Origin: a virus
Taxonomy: Duplodnaviria > Heunggongvirae > Uroviricota > Caudoviricetes
Length of the DNA: 37,327 nucleotides
Strand: one strand, 5' to 3'
IMG/VR virus record: IMGVR_UViG_3300029886_000148
A program made the position numbers and the translations under genes. Below are positions 19,368 through 28,670 of the stretch, one piece after another. The notes beneath the pieces are model-generated. The model was given only the letters and a program-made list of their open reading frames with translations, ran no database searches and was not told the origin of the DNA. Position 1 is the stretch's first letter. Each line of letters opens with the position of its first letter.

Positions 19368-19599
19368 TAATCATGTCCACTTTGTCTGCACAGACCGCCC
19401 AGGCGACCTCCGTTTCATCCAGCAATGCGTTCAGATCACCGTTAGTGCGCGGCGCTGCCTGATCCAGCCGACACGGCGTCACTCGCGGACACCCACTGAC
19501 GGTAAGCTGCACCTCCGGTGAGTGCCGGACGTTCCCGCAGCCGGATAATGTCAGCAGGCAAAGGAGTATCAGCCCAGCGGCGTAAATCCTCGTTCTCAC
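19309..19599 (-). CDS. lysC: outer-membrane spanin (LysC/Rz1-like lipoprotein)
   Basis: Lipoprotein signal with lipobox LTLSGCG, Pro-rich; overlaps the 3' part of lysB in another frame, as Rz1-type genes do. Confidence 0.6.
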   Translation of the reverse strand: MRTRIYAAGLILLCLLTLSGCGNVRHSPEVQLTVSGCPRVTPCRLDQAAPRTNGDLNALLDETEVAWAVCADKVDMIIACQERNSEQTTIPAPRPQ

Positions 19600-19870
19600 G
19601 TTTCAGTTCCTCAATCCGATGTTGTCGTTGTCTCAGCAGTGCACTGGTCTGTTCTGCTTCGGCGTAGAGCCGCGCCTGCTCCCGGTTGTTGGTTTCAGCC
19701 AGAATGGACAGACTGATCAGCTGGCTATTTTTCTTCGTTAGTTCGTGCGCTTTACTTTTCAGCGCCGCGCGCTGCGTTTCGATGGTATGGCTGGCGCTGT
19801 TAAGCCGCCACGACTGCCAGCCCAGCGCAACGAGTGCCAGCGCCGCCACTACCGCCAGCGCACGTGTCAT
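19442..19870 (-). CDS. lysB: inner-membrane spanin (LysB/Rz-like)
   Basis: N-terminal TM helix then a charged coiled-coil region; immediately downstream of the endolysin. Confidence 0.65.
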   Translation of the reverse strand: MTRALAVVAALALVALGWQSWRLNSASHTIETQRAALKSKAHELTKKNSQLISLSILAETNNREQARLYAEAEQTSALLRQRQHRIEELKRENEDLRRWADTPLPADIIRLRERPALTGGAAYRQWVSASDAVSAGSGSAAH

Positions 19871-20382
19871 AGTCCAGCTCCTTTAAGGCACCAGGCCATC
19901 TCCCGCGCTCGGCGGTTATCCAGCCCCTGATTAAACACACCTTTTACATACACCCAGCGCGGCAACTGTCGGCACGCATCCGCCCAGCGCCGCTGATTGA
20001 GTAATTTCACCAGTGTGGAACTGCAGGCATTGCCCGTTCCCACGTTGAAGGCAAACGACACTGCAGCGTCATACACCTTCTGCGGCGGCTGTTGCTTCAC
20101 ACACCTTTCCAGCGCCCGCTCCACACGCAGCACGTTGGAGATCAGCCCTTCCGCTGCCTGTCGTTCCGTAATGGTTTTGCCCGGGATGACGCCCAATGTA
20201 TTACCAATGCCGTCGGTCCAGACACCCGCGCTGCACTGATACGGCTGCAGACGACAGCCTTCGTAATCAGCAATCAGTTTCAGCCCCTCCACGGAGGTGT
20301 GAAGCTGCTGAAAACCCGGCAGCGTGGCAGCAATAGCCAGCACGGTCCCGACAAGGCAGCGTTTAACGATTGATGGATTCAT
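19867..20382 (-). CDS. endolysin (lysozyme-like, N-terminal signal-anchor)
   Basis: 171 aa; hydrophobic N-terminus then a lysozyme-like catalytic region (...LIADYEGCRLQPYQCSAGVWTDGIGNT...); adjacent to holin. Confidence 0.85.
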   Translation of the reverse strand: MNPSIVKRCLVGTVLAIAATLPGFQQLHTSVEGLKLIADYEGCRLQPYQCSAGVWTDGIGNTLGVIPGKTITERQAAEGLISNVLRVERALERCVKQQPPQKVYDAAVSFAFNVGTGNACSSTLVKLLNQRRWADACRQLPRWVYVKGVFNQGLDNRRAREMAWCLKGAGL

Positions 20383-20578
20383 AGTCCTCCCGCGAGATCT
20401 GCCCGTCGCGCAGAAGCTGGTAGGCTTTGTGTTTGTAGTACCAGTTGATAGCCAGCATCAGCACACCAATCATCAGGCCGCCCAGCGTTGAGGCATCCTT
20501 GATGGACAAATCGCCCAGCCAGGCCAGCACGACGGCGATGCAATACGTGATAAAGGCGCTGATTCGCTCAAGCGTCAT
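20363..20578 (-). CDS. putative holin
   Basis: 71 aa, two hydrophobic segments and a charged C-terminus; directly upstream of the endolysin. Confidence 0.6.
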   Translation of the reverse strand: MTLERISAFITYCIAVVLAWLGDLSIKDASTLGGLMIGVLMLAINWYYKHKAYQLLRDGQISREDYESINR

Positions 20579-20581
20579 AAT

Positions 20582-20785
20582 TCAGTCCCATAGCTGGACG
20601 GTCTGCACGGTGGTGGTTGTCGGTATGTCCGGCAGCTCCACCTGCAGCCCGTGAGGTAAAAAGGGGCCGTATTCGGCAAGCCCCGGATTTGCCTTCAGTA
20701 CCTGCTCCGTGACACCCTGCGTGCGCCCGTAATGACGCCAGCAAAGCGCGTCCACCGTGTCATACTGATACGCACGCACTTTCAT
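20582..20785 (-). CDS. X: tail protein X
   Basis: 67 aa; position between L and the lysis genes as in P2. Confidence 0.75.
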   Translation of the reverse strand: MKVRAYQYDTVDALCWRHYGRTQGVTEQVLKANPGLAEYGPFLPHGLQVELPDIPTTTTVQTVQLWD

Positions 20786-21312
20786 CAGATAAGCTCCACT
20801 GTGCAGTGCGGCGCATCCTGCACCCGGCTGATGGCCCAGCGGGCGTCACGCCACAAATCACCGCTTGCTTCCGCCAGTTCCTCGCCCCGCTTCACACCGG
20901 ATGCCGTGGCGTCATAGTCCTGATAACGCTCGTTGAGCATGGCGCGTGCCCAGCAGTAAACCGCGTTGAAATAGTGATGAATGCGCTCACTTTTGCCGTC
21001 CAGCTGTTCAGCCGGAACCTCTGCCAGCGAGGCATATCCCAGCATCTGCTGACGTCTGCGAAACTCATACAGCTCTGCGTTGACCTCCGAAATTGCCGAC
21101 AGCGCAACCTGCTTTAAACGCGGCTGCGTCACCGTGCCGTCAGTGCGCATCACGCTGCGAAACTCCGACAGGTCCACATCAGGCCAGAACGGCGTATTTC
21201 TGATGATTTCCGCCTGTTCCGGTGCCTGTTCTGGCGCAACAAACTTCATGCTGCTTTCTCCTGAAATAGAGGGCGGTGGACGGAGTTTTGATGTGGCTGT
21301 GCCTTTCGCCAC
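20785..21312 (-). CDS. L: capsid completion protein L (start uncertain)
   Basis: Position after M; 175-aa ORF with a possible internal start at MKFVAPEQ. Confidence 0.75.
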   Translation of the reverse strand: MAKGTATSKLRPPPSISGESSMKFVAPEQAPEQAEIIRNTPFWPDVDLSEFRSVMRTDGTVTQPRLKQVALSAISEVNAELYEFRRRQQMLGYASLAEVPAEQLDGKSERIHHYFNAVYCWARAMLNERYQDYDATASGVKRGEELAEASGDLWRDARWAISRVQDAPHCTVELI

Positions 21313-21344
21313 CCCGTGCCGCCCGTGCGCGGGGGCACGTTCTG

Positions 21345-21995
21345 TCAGCGGCTGTCATTGCGCAGTCTGCGCTCCAGCTGCTGTTTGTCTTTTTTCACGC
21401 CACAGCGGGGATCGAGCTGTAACGCATGGTTGAGATGATTAAGGGCAGACGCCGGATTGCTTTCACTCAGGACCGCGCCAATCGCTTTATGCAGACGCGC
21501 CCGTGACTGGTCCGGCATATCCAGACCGTCTGTCAGCTCCAGCGTCTGCAGCAACAGATCAGCATCAAAGCCGGTGGCGGCAAGCATTGCGCTCTGCGCC
21601 GCGTCTGCCATTTCCTCTGCCAGCACGGTCTGCACGTTGCGGTTACCCAACGGCATCACCCAGCCATGACGCAGGGCGTGACGCCCGATCTCCAGCGCCC
21701 CGGCATAATCTCCGGCATCAATGCGCCACAGCATCACGTACATCAGCACGTCATCCTGTTGCGCGCCTCCGCCAGCCAGGACACCCTCTGCCCAGGCGGC
21801 GTATTTCGGCAGCAGTTCCACCTTGATTTCCGCTTTTTTGACCGTGGACTGAACGCCCTTGAGACGGCGGCGGTCTTCCGCCAGTTGCAGCAGCATCAGG
21901 TCATAGCCCGACGCGTGGCGAACGCTGCCGCCCTCACGGGCGGCCTGTTCAGCCTGAACGCGCAGGCGATGCTGCCGTGCGGGACTCAGGCTCAT
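21345..21995 (-). CDS. M: terminase small (endonuclease) subunit M
   Basis: 216 aa; position after N as in P2. Confidence 0.8.
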   Translation of the reverse strand: MSLSPARQHRLRVQAEQAAREGGSVRHASGYDLMLLQLAEDRRRLKGVQSTVKKAEIKVELLPKYAAWAEGVLAGGGAQQDDVLMYVMLWRIDAGDYAGALEIGRHALRHGWVMPLGNRNVQTVLAEEMADAAQSAMLAATGFDADLLLQTLELTDGLDMPDQSRARLHKAIGAVLSESNPASALNHLNHALQLDPRCGVKKDKQQLERRLRNDSR

Positions 21996-21998
21996 GGG

Positions 21999-23057
21999 TT
22001 ACGCTCCGGCTTCTGCTACGGCGGCGCTGAAATCGCCAATCTGGATGTTCTCCACCAGTGCAGCGCAGCGGTAGTCCTCAACCACATAGGCTTCGTTAAC
22101 AGATTCAAAGTTTTCAATCCGGTCACGTTTCGGGTTGTCGATAACTGAACGGCGGCGGGTGTCTTCCTGCCAGTAGATGGACAAGTTATCCAGACGGGTG
22201 ATCAGCAGCGCATTCGGCGGGAAGAACGGCGCACGCACGGCCTGCAGACCGCCCATGCGTTTCTGACTGATAATCATATCGGCTGCCAGTTTTTCACTGT
22301 TTTCCTGCTCTTTGTTGACCAGCGGGAAATACTTGTCAGACAGCAGTTCACGACCGCAAATCACCACCAGATCGTCATCGTCCTGGTAGACCACGTCGAT
22401 AAGCTCATTGACCGCATCCATCACCACAGCGTCCAGGTTGGCATATTCGCCACCTTTCCCGACTTTCACCGCACCCGGTGTGGTTTCGCCGCCCGTGGTG
22501 GTGCTGCCCATGACGTGATCCGGTGCATCCTCACGGATTTTCTGCAGCCAGCCTTTGTTCACATCCTGCAGCAGCGGGTTTTCACTACGGTTGGAGGTTT
22601 TCGCACGCTTCACGCCGTTAAAGCCGATCATGATGCGGTCCAGTGCCTGACGTTTCACGATGGCGTCACGGATACGCACCTGGAAATCCTGAAACTTCGC
22701 CCACAGGTCCAGCTTCGCGTAGGTCAGCACCGTGTCAAAGTTGGTCTGCTCGCATTTGTATTCCACATCGACCATCAGCGTCGGATCGACAGGTTCACGC
22801 TCTTTCGCGGTGGTGTCAGTGGTTCCGGCAATGGTGCTGCCAACACCCAGCCCCAGCAGCTGACCGGACTGCTCAGTCACTGGCGTGACGTTAATCAGCG
22901 TCAGGAAAGCGGCGGACTGCTGGATCTGGTCTTCCAGCGTCTGCTGCACAGACGGCTCTACAGTGAACTTGCTGGACAGTTCTTCAACTGCCACACCGTT
23001 CAGACGTGCCAGTTGCTGCAGGTAAGCGTTAAAAGCAAAGCGGGTATTCTTCTTCAT
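21999..23057 (-). CDS. N: major capsid protein N
   Basis: 352 aa; size and position match the P2 gpN precursor. Confidence 0.9.
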   Translation of the reverse strand: MKKNTRFAFNAYLQQLARLNGVAVEELSSKFTVEPSVQQTLEDQIQQSAAFLTLINVTPVTEQSGQLLGLGVGSTIAGTTDTTAKEREPVDPTLMVDVEYKCEQTNFDTVLTYAKLDLWAKFQDFQVRIRDAIVKRQALDRIMIGFNGVKRAKTSNRSENPLLQDVNKGWLQKIREDAPDHVMGSTTTGGETTPGAVKVGKGGEYANLDAVVMDAVNELIDVVYQDDDDLVVICGRELLSDKYFPLVNKEQENSEKLAADMIISQKRMGGLQAVRAPFFPPNALLITRLDNLSIYWQEDTRRRSVIDNPKRDRIENFESVNEAYVVEDYRCAALVENIQIGDFSAAVAEAGA

Positions 23058-23073
23058 CAGGTTTTGTGCTCCA

Positions 23074-23907
23074 TCAGCAATTGGTCAGAGTGTCAGCGGG
23101 GGCGTTACCGCCTGTTGCACGCTGGCGGTAGTCCTGGCGGCTGTCTTCATGACTCAGCTTATTCACCAGTTCGTTAAAGGCGGTTTGCTGCTCCTGCAGA
23201 GCAGTCTCCAGCTCAGACAGGCGTTCTTCCTGCTCAGACAGGGATTTTTCGGTGCGTGCGCTCAGGTTCTGCTGCTCAGTAGCGACCAGTTCCACGGCCT
23301 TATGCACATCAGAGAACCGGGCGTCATCGGACTGCTCTTTTTTGGTAAACAGCGCCGTGACACGGGCAAACAGGGACGGTTTGTCCTCCTGGATTTCTTC
23401 CAGTTCGATCACCGTTTCCTCTGCAGCGGTAAAGAGATTGGCAGGATTCTGCTTGCGGTTTGCCAGCGGGTTATGGGCTGCACTGGCGCTGAATGTCAGC
23501 ATTTCAGTGCCCAGACTGGCAGGGTCATCTGTAGCAGCCAGGCCGACCAGGTAGGCTTTGCCCGTATCAGCAAACTTCGGGCTGACTTCCATAGAGGTGA
23601 ATAATTTCTGGCCTTTTTTCACCAGTTCCACCAGGGACTCCGTTGGCTCAACGTCGGCATACAGTGCCATCTTGCCCGCCAGCGGACCTTCCGTGATTTC
23701 TTCAGCAAACAGCGCCGTCACCTTGCCGTAGCGGTTAAAGGTGCTGTCCGGCAGATAAGACTTGATGTGTTCAAGGTTAATCAGCGCGGTGTACACCGCC
23801 GGGTTGTAGCTGGCTGCCATCTGTTCCAGCCATTCACGCTGGATTTCGCGTCCGTCGGTGGTGGCACCTTCCACCCCGATGCGAAAACGCTTTGCTTTCA
23901 CTGTCAT
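23074..23907 (-). CDS. O: capsid scaffolding protein O
   Basis: 277 aa, acidic and coiled-coil-rich; divergent from P as in P2. Confidence 0.85.
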   Translation of the reverse strand: MTVKAKRFRIGVEGATTDGREIQREWLEQMAASYNPAVYTALINLEHIKSYLPDSTFNRYGKVTALFAEEITEGPLAGKMALYADVEPTESLVELVKKGQKLFTSMEVSPKFADTGKAYLVGLAATDDPASLGTEMLTFSASAAHNPLANRKQNPANLFTAAEETVIELEEIQEDKPSLFARVTALFTKKEQSDDARFSDVHKAVELVATEQQNLSARTEKSLSEQEERLSELETALQEQQTAFNELVNKLSHEDSRQDYRQRATGGNAPADTLTNC

Positions 23908-23985
23908 GAGCCGTGCTCCGTTAGAAAAAACTTACTGGAGCCTTATGGTTGCGGTGATGGGGGCAGTGAAACAATGCGCGGTATT

Positions 23986-24003
23986 TGTACCGACAACCAC
24001 ACA
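23986..24003. promoter_or_regulatory. putative Ogr-binding dyad (TGT-N12-ACA) in the divergent O/P late-promoter region
   Basis: TGTACCGACAACCACACA lies ~50 bp upstream of the P start codon. Confidence 0.45.
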
Positions 24004-24049
24004 AACCGCAGGCGGGGAAAGACGTCATTCAAGGCTGTAGGTTTGTGCC

Positions 24050-25816
24050 ATGAACACCACACTGACACCCGCAGATCTCGATCCCCGTCGGCAGGCCATG
24101 CTGCTGTACTTTCAGGGATACCGCGTAGCCCGCATTGCTGAAATGCTGGGCGAGAAAGTTGCAACCGTTCACAGCTGGAAAAAACGCGACAAGTGGGGTG
24201 ACTATGGGCCGCTGGATCAGATGCAGCTCACCACCGCCGCACGCTACTGCCAGCTCATTATGAAGGAGCACAAAGAAGGGAAAGATTTCAAAGAGATTGA
24301 CCTGCTGGCGCGCCAGTCGGAGCGCCACGCGCGGATCGGTAAGTTTAACAATGGCGGCAACGAAGCTGACTTAAACCCTAACGTCGCCAACCGCAACAAA
24401 GGCCCGCGCCGTCAGCCGGAAAAGAATGTCTTCACCGATGAACAGATTGAGAAGCTGGAAGAAATCTTCCATTCCTCCATGTTCAACTACCAGCGCCACT
24501 GGTGGGAAGCCGGAAAAACCAACCGCATCCGCAACCTGCTGAAGTCACGCCAGATCGGCGCGACCTTTTACTTTGCCCGTGAAGCCCTGATTGACGCCCT
24601 GCTTACCGGACGTAACCAGATTTTCCTTTCCGCCAGTAAGGCACAGGCCCACGTCTTTAAGCAGTACATCATCGACTTCGCCAAAGAAGTGGATGTGGAA
24701 CTGAAAGGCGATCCGATGGTGCTTCCTAACGGGGCCACGCTTTACTTCCTCGGCACCAATGCCCGCACGGCCCAGAGTTATCACGGCAACCTGTATCTGG
24801 ATGAATATTTCTGGATACCGAAATTTCAGGAGCTACGCAAAGTGGCTTCCGGTATGGCTATTCACAAGAAATGGCGGCAGACCTATTTTTCCACACCATC
24901 CAGCCTGACCCACAGTGCTTATCCGTTCTGGTCCGGTGCGCTGTTCAACCGTGGACGCAACAAAGCCGACAAGGTGGACATTGACCTGTCCCACAGCAAT
25001 CTGGCCCCCGGCCTGCTGTGCGCAGACGGGCAATACCGCCAGATAGTCACCGTGGAAGATGCGGTGCGCGGCGGCTGCAACCTGTTCGACCTTGACCAGT
25101 TGCGCATGGAGTACAGCCCGGACGAATACCAGAACCTGCTGATGTGCGAGTTCGTGGACGATCTCGCGTCCGTGTTCCCGCTCAGCGAGCTGCAGGCGTG
25201 CATGGTGGACAGCTGGGAAGTCTGGACCGACTTTCATGCACTGGCACTGCGCCCATTTGGCTGGCGCGAAGTGTGGATCGGTTATGACCCGGCGAAAGGT
25301 ACGCAGAACGGCGACAGTGCCGGATGCGTGGTGGTGGCACCGCCAGCAGTGCCGGGCGGCAAGTTCCGCATTCTTGAGCGTCACCAGTGGCGCGGGATGG
25401 ATTTCCGCGCCCAGGCTGACGCCATCAAAAAACTTACCGAACAGTACAACGTGACTTATATCGGTATCGACTCAACCGGCGTTGGTCACGGGGTTTACGA
25501 GAACGTGAAAGCGTTCTTTCCTGCCGTCCGGGAGTTTGTCTACAACCCCAACGTTAAAAACGCCCTGGTACTCAAGGCTTACGACATTATCAGTCACCGT
25601 CGTCTGGAGTTTGACGCCGGACACACCGACATAGCGCAGTCATTTATGGCAATCCGTCGCGCCACCACCGCCAGCGGCAACCGTCCGACCTATGAAGCCA
25701 GCCGCAGCGAAGAAGCCAGCCATGCGGATCTGGCATGGGCAACAATGCACGCACTGTTTAACGAACCGCTGCAGGGCGAGTCTGCCAATACCAGCAATAT
25801 TGTGGAGATTTTTTGA
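24050..25816 (+). CDS. P: terminase large (ATPase) subunit P
   Basis: 588 aa; size and position as P2 gpP; reads toward cos together with Q. Confidence 0.9.
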   Translation: MNTTLTPADLDPRRQAMLLYFQGYRVARIAEMLGEKVATVHSWKKRDKWGDYGPLDQMQLTTAARYCQLIMKEHKEGKDFKEIDLLARQSERHARIGKFNNGGNEADLNPNVANRNKGPRRQPEKNVFTDEQIEKLEEIFHSSMFNYQRHWWEAGKTNRIRNLLKSRQIGATFYFAREALIDALLTGRNQIFLSASKAQAHVFKQYIIDFAKEVDVELKGDPMVLPNGATLYFLGTNARTAQSYHGNLYLDEYFWIPKFQELRKVASGMAIHKKWRQTYFSTPSSLTHSAYPFWSGALFNRGRNKADKVDIDLSHSNLAPGLLCADGQYRQIVTVEDAVRGGCNLFDLDQLRMEYSPDEYQNLLMCEFVDDLASVFPLSELQACMVDSWEVWTDFHALALRPFGWREVWIGYDPAKGTQNGDSAGCVVVAPPAVPGGKFRILERHQWRGMDFRAQADAIKKLTEQYNVTYIGIDSTGVGHGVYENVKAFFPAVREFVYNPNVKNALVLKAYDIISHRRLEFDAGHTDIAQSFMAIRRATTASGNRPTYEASRSEEASHADLAWATMHALFNEPLQGESANTSNIVEIF

Positions 25817-26841
25817 TGGGAAAGAGTAAAAAAAACCGCGTAGCGGCGATGAATCAGATCCAGCATAAAAGCCAGACTTCAGCCGAAGCATTCAGCTTCG
25901 GCGATCCCGTTCCTGTTCTGGACCGCCGTGAACTGCTGGACTATGTGGAATGCGTACAGACAGATCGATGGTATGAGCCGCCAGTGAGTTTTGACGGGCT
26001 GGCGCGCACCTTTCGCGCCGCCGTGCATCACAGCTCACCGATTGCGGTGAAATGCAATATTCTGACCAGTACCTACATCCCTCACCCGCTGCTCAGCCAG
26101 CAGGCTTTTTCGCGTTTTGTGCAGGACTATCTGGTATTTGGTAACGCCTACCTGGAGAAACGCACGAACCGATTCGGTGAAGTTATCGCCCTTGAGCCTG
26201 CGCTGGCAAAATACACCCGACGCGGGTTAGACCTGGATACCTACTGGTTTGTGCAATACGGTATGACAACCCAGCCGTATCAGTTCACGAAAGGCAGCAT
26301 CTTTCATCTGATGGAACCGGACATCAACCAGGAGATCTACGGCCTGCCCGGTTATCTTTCTGCCATTCCGTCAGCCCTGCTCAACGAATCCGCCACGCTG
26401 TTCCGCCGCAAGTATTACATTAACGGTAGTCATGCAGGCTTCATCATGTACATGACCGATGCCGCGCAGAACCAGGAGGATGTGAACAACCTCCGCAACG
26501 CGATGAAAAGCGCCAAAGGTCCAGGCAACTTCCGCAACTTGTTTATGTACTCACCTAACGGCAAAAAGGATGGTCTTCAGATTATCCCGTTGTCAGAAGT
26601 CGCGGCAAAGGATGAATTTCTGAACATCAAGAACGTGAGCCGGGATGACATGATGGCGGCACACCGCGTGCCTCCGCAAATGATGGGTATCATGCCGAAT
26701 AATGTTGGCGGGTTTGGGGATGTGGAGAAGGCATCCACGGTTTTTGTACGTAATGAATTAAAGCCTCTTCAACAACGAATTAGAGAAGTGAACAATTGGC
26801 TACATGATGACGTAATAAAATTCCATGATTACTCCTTGTAA
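25813..26841 (+). CDS. Q: portal protein Q
   Basis: 342 aa; start overlaps the P stop (ATGA); size and position as P2 gpQ. Confidence 0.9.
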   Translation: MMGKSKKNRVAAMNQIQHKSQTSAEAFSFGDPVPVLDRRELLDYVECVQTDRWYEPPVSFDGLARTFRAAVHHSSPIAVKCNILTSTYIPHPLLSQQAFSRFVQDYLVFGNAYLEKRTNRFGEVIALEPALAKYTRRGLDLDTYWFVQYGMTTQPYQFTKGSIFHLMEPDINQEIYGLPGYLSAIPSALLNESATLFRRKYYINGSHAGFIMYMTDAAQNQEDVNNLRNAMKSAKGPGNFRNLFMYSPNGKKDGLQIIPLSEVAAKDEFLNIKNVSRDDMMAAHRVPPQMMGIMPNNVGGFGDVEKASTVFVRNELKPLQQRIREVNNWLHDDVIKFHDYSL

Positions 26842-26843
26842 TT

Positions 26844-26882
26844 AAAGCCTCTTCTTTAGAAACCCATCCAAAGAAGAGGCTT
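26844..26882. terminator. hairpin between the convergent Q and NTase genes (possible bidirectional terminator)
   Basis: Inverted repeat AAGCCTCTTCTTT...AAAGAAGAGGCTT (13-bp stem). Confidence 0.4.
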
Positions 26883-26893
26883 ATTGCCACCCG

Positions 26894-27211
26894 TTATATA
26901 CCACATACAAAATTGATCTTAACGCTTTTATCAACAACAAGCAGAGAAGTGCCAACAGACTTAATAAATCCCAGTTCATACTCTTCTGAATGCGTCATTG
27001 TAATAATATGAACAGGAACAAATAAATCAAGCTCCCGCAGCTTTCGCTTCAATAATAAACCATCGACACAATCACCTATCACAAGCATATCAATATCATT
27101 TGCATCGCAAAAACTCTTTAATGCTGACCCAAATACATATACATCCACCATATATAAACTATGATGGATAATAACATCACAGATCGATTCAATCGTATGT
27201 TTAAAATTCAC
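26894..27211 (-). CDS. minimal nucleotidyltransferase (MNT/Pol-beta-like)
   Basis: VYVFGSALKSFCDANDIDMLVIGD fits the GS-x9-13-DxD nucleotidyltransferase signature; ~105 aa; GTG start overlaps the upstream stop; AT-rich. Confidence 0.7.
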   Translation of the reverse strand: MNFKHTIESICDVIIHHSLYMVDVYVFGSALKSFCDANDIDMLVIGDCVDGLLLKRKLRELDLFVPVHIITMTHSEEYELGFIKSVGTSLLVVDKSVKINFVCGI

Positions 27212-27870
27212 TACCGTGAAATTCTTCGTAATAAATCACCCAACTTGTAAAGCTCCACCCCGATACTTTGAGCAGCCTCTTTTGCCTGAGTCGTCAATCG
27301 TCCATTAGGATTGGAGGAAAAAACAACATCACAATTGCCATGCAACCCTATCGCATCTCTTACAGAACCCGCTGTCATATCATAATCATTCGCAGCGATA
27401 ATAACTAAGTCCGCCAAGCCACGTCTTTTAAGTCTATATTTTTTGTTGGTTTCTCGCTCTACAGAGCTTACATGTGAATGTTGATTGAACACTCTATTTA
27501 TAAACAAATGCTCTTTATCAAGATGCTCAAGCGGATTATTAGCTCTTAAAGAAGATGCAATATGCCCAAATGAACCCACTCCTATTTTCTTTTGTTCTAG
27601 TAATCTCATTGCATCACCAGAGATAAATTCAACACCTCCCTTGACTGATAGAAAATCAATTTTTTTATTGTCTAGGTATTCATTTATCTCAGGACATGTT
27701 ATCCGGCCAGTATTGATTGCCCCGATCAAATAGGTGTCACCCTGTGTAGTATTAATCACTAAAGTACCATCACCTATCACCTCTATATTTTCGACACATT
27801 TATTTTCTTGTAATTTTCCTGCCATCCATGAAATATAGCCTTCACTCGCATTTATGCTCATTGGATTCAT
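27211..27870 (-). CDS. hypothetical protein, 219 aa (middle gene of the three-gene cassette)
   Basis: Open frame translationally coupled on both sides; no motif assigned (only a C-terminal R-x5-H, RDAIGLH). Confidence 0.55.
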   Translation of the reverse strand: MNPMSINASEGYISWMAGKLQENKCVENIEVIGDGTLVINTTQGDTYLIGAINTGRITCPEINEYLDNKKIDFLSVKGGVEFISGDAMRLLEQKKIGVGSFGHIASSLRANNPLEHLDKEHLFINRVFNQHSHVSSVERETNKKYRLKRRGLADLVIIAANDYDMTAGSVRDAIGLHGNCDVVFSSNPNGRLTTQAKEAAQSIGVELYKLGDLLRRISR

Positions 27871-28562
27871 CCTATAAATAGTTCAGATGCAGCTTCTGGA
27901 AACCTACTACCATTAGCATCGGTTAAGCCCAAATGTTTTGATTCAAAGTCATCTATATGAACACAAAGCTTTGAAAAAACATTCTTCTCATCTTCACTCA
28001 TGAGGTGATAGTTTTGTTCAACCAGTCGCTGTACTTTTCTATTGTTGGGTAAGATATGAGATTGTACTTTTCTTAACCATACTTCTGCATTTGGATTTTC
28101 AGGGTCAACGCTGTTCTCTTGGGTTGGTCCATATGTTACAAAAATGGTATTGTTTTCTCTGAAGTATTTTTCTAACTCCTGTCTAACAGATTCTCGATTG
28201 TCATATGTTTTAACACCAAAGGTTGCATTTATTTTATCAATATGGCCGTTTTTCCAAGAGCGGATAATTTCATCAGTAAAATGTTCCTCTGCCTTATCAA
28301 TTGTCGTATGGCAATTAGCACATAGAAGAATAATGTTGTCAAAATGACCTCTCTGCTCATCAGTTAGATCAGCATTGGTTCTAGGTCCATTATCAATGGC
28401 ACTAAAGATGTGAGCAAGTTCTCCAATTGTTATATTTTTGTCGCCAGCATCAACAAACAAAGGTTGCAAGCATTGTGGATTTTGGCAAAAGCCACCTGAG
28501 CTGGCAAAAAGCCGTCTAACTGTATTAGCGTTTGGGGAAGCTTTTCCCCTACTGCAAGCCAT
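27867..28562 (-). CDS. HNH-motif protein with an unassigned C-terminal domain, 231 aa
   Basis: CQNPQC ... ELAHIFSA ... NIILLCANCHTTID resembles an HNH/zinc-finger nuclease core in the N-terminal ~90 aa; the rest is unassigned. Confidence 0.6.
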   Translation of the reverse strand: MACSRGKASPNANTVRRLFASSGGFCQNPQCLQPLFVDAGDKNITIGELAHIFSAIDNGPRTNADLTDEQRGHFDNIILLCANCHTTIDKAEEHFTDEIIRSWKNGHIDKINATFGVKTYDNRESVRQELEKYFRENNTIFVTYGPTQENSVDPENPNAEVWLRKVQSHILPNNRKVQRLVEQNYHLMSEDEKNVFSKLCVHIDDFESKHLGLTDANGSRFPEAASELFIG

Positions 28563-28651
28563 GAACTAACCTTAAAAGTATAGAAATTAGGATGTTAATT
28601 TATTACTGAACAACCCTATAAGCAAGCTTGCTAATTGTGGTGAGCGCGCGC

Positions 28652-28670
28652 TCGTATCCCCGCCACGCCT
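28652..28670 (-). other. putative cos site (cohesive-end sequence)
   Basis: Minus strand reads GGCGTGGCGGGGATACGAGCGCGCGCT..., which resembles the P2/186 cohesive ends as I remember them (P2 GGCGAGGCGGGGAAAGCAC, 186 GGCGTGGCGGGGAAAGCAT); orientation points toward Q as in P2. Confidence 0.45.

Noticed and set aside
22515-23604. Plus-strand ORFs of 220, 151, 100 and 81 aa
   Set aside because: Antisense to capsid genes N and O.
24833-25384. 183-aa minus-strand ORF (also 24545..24784, 24919..25203)
   Set aside because: Antisense inside terminase gene P.
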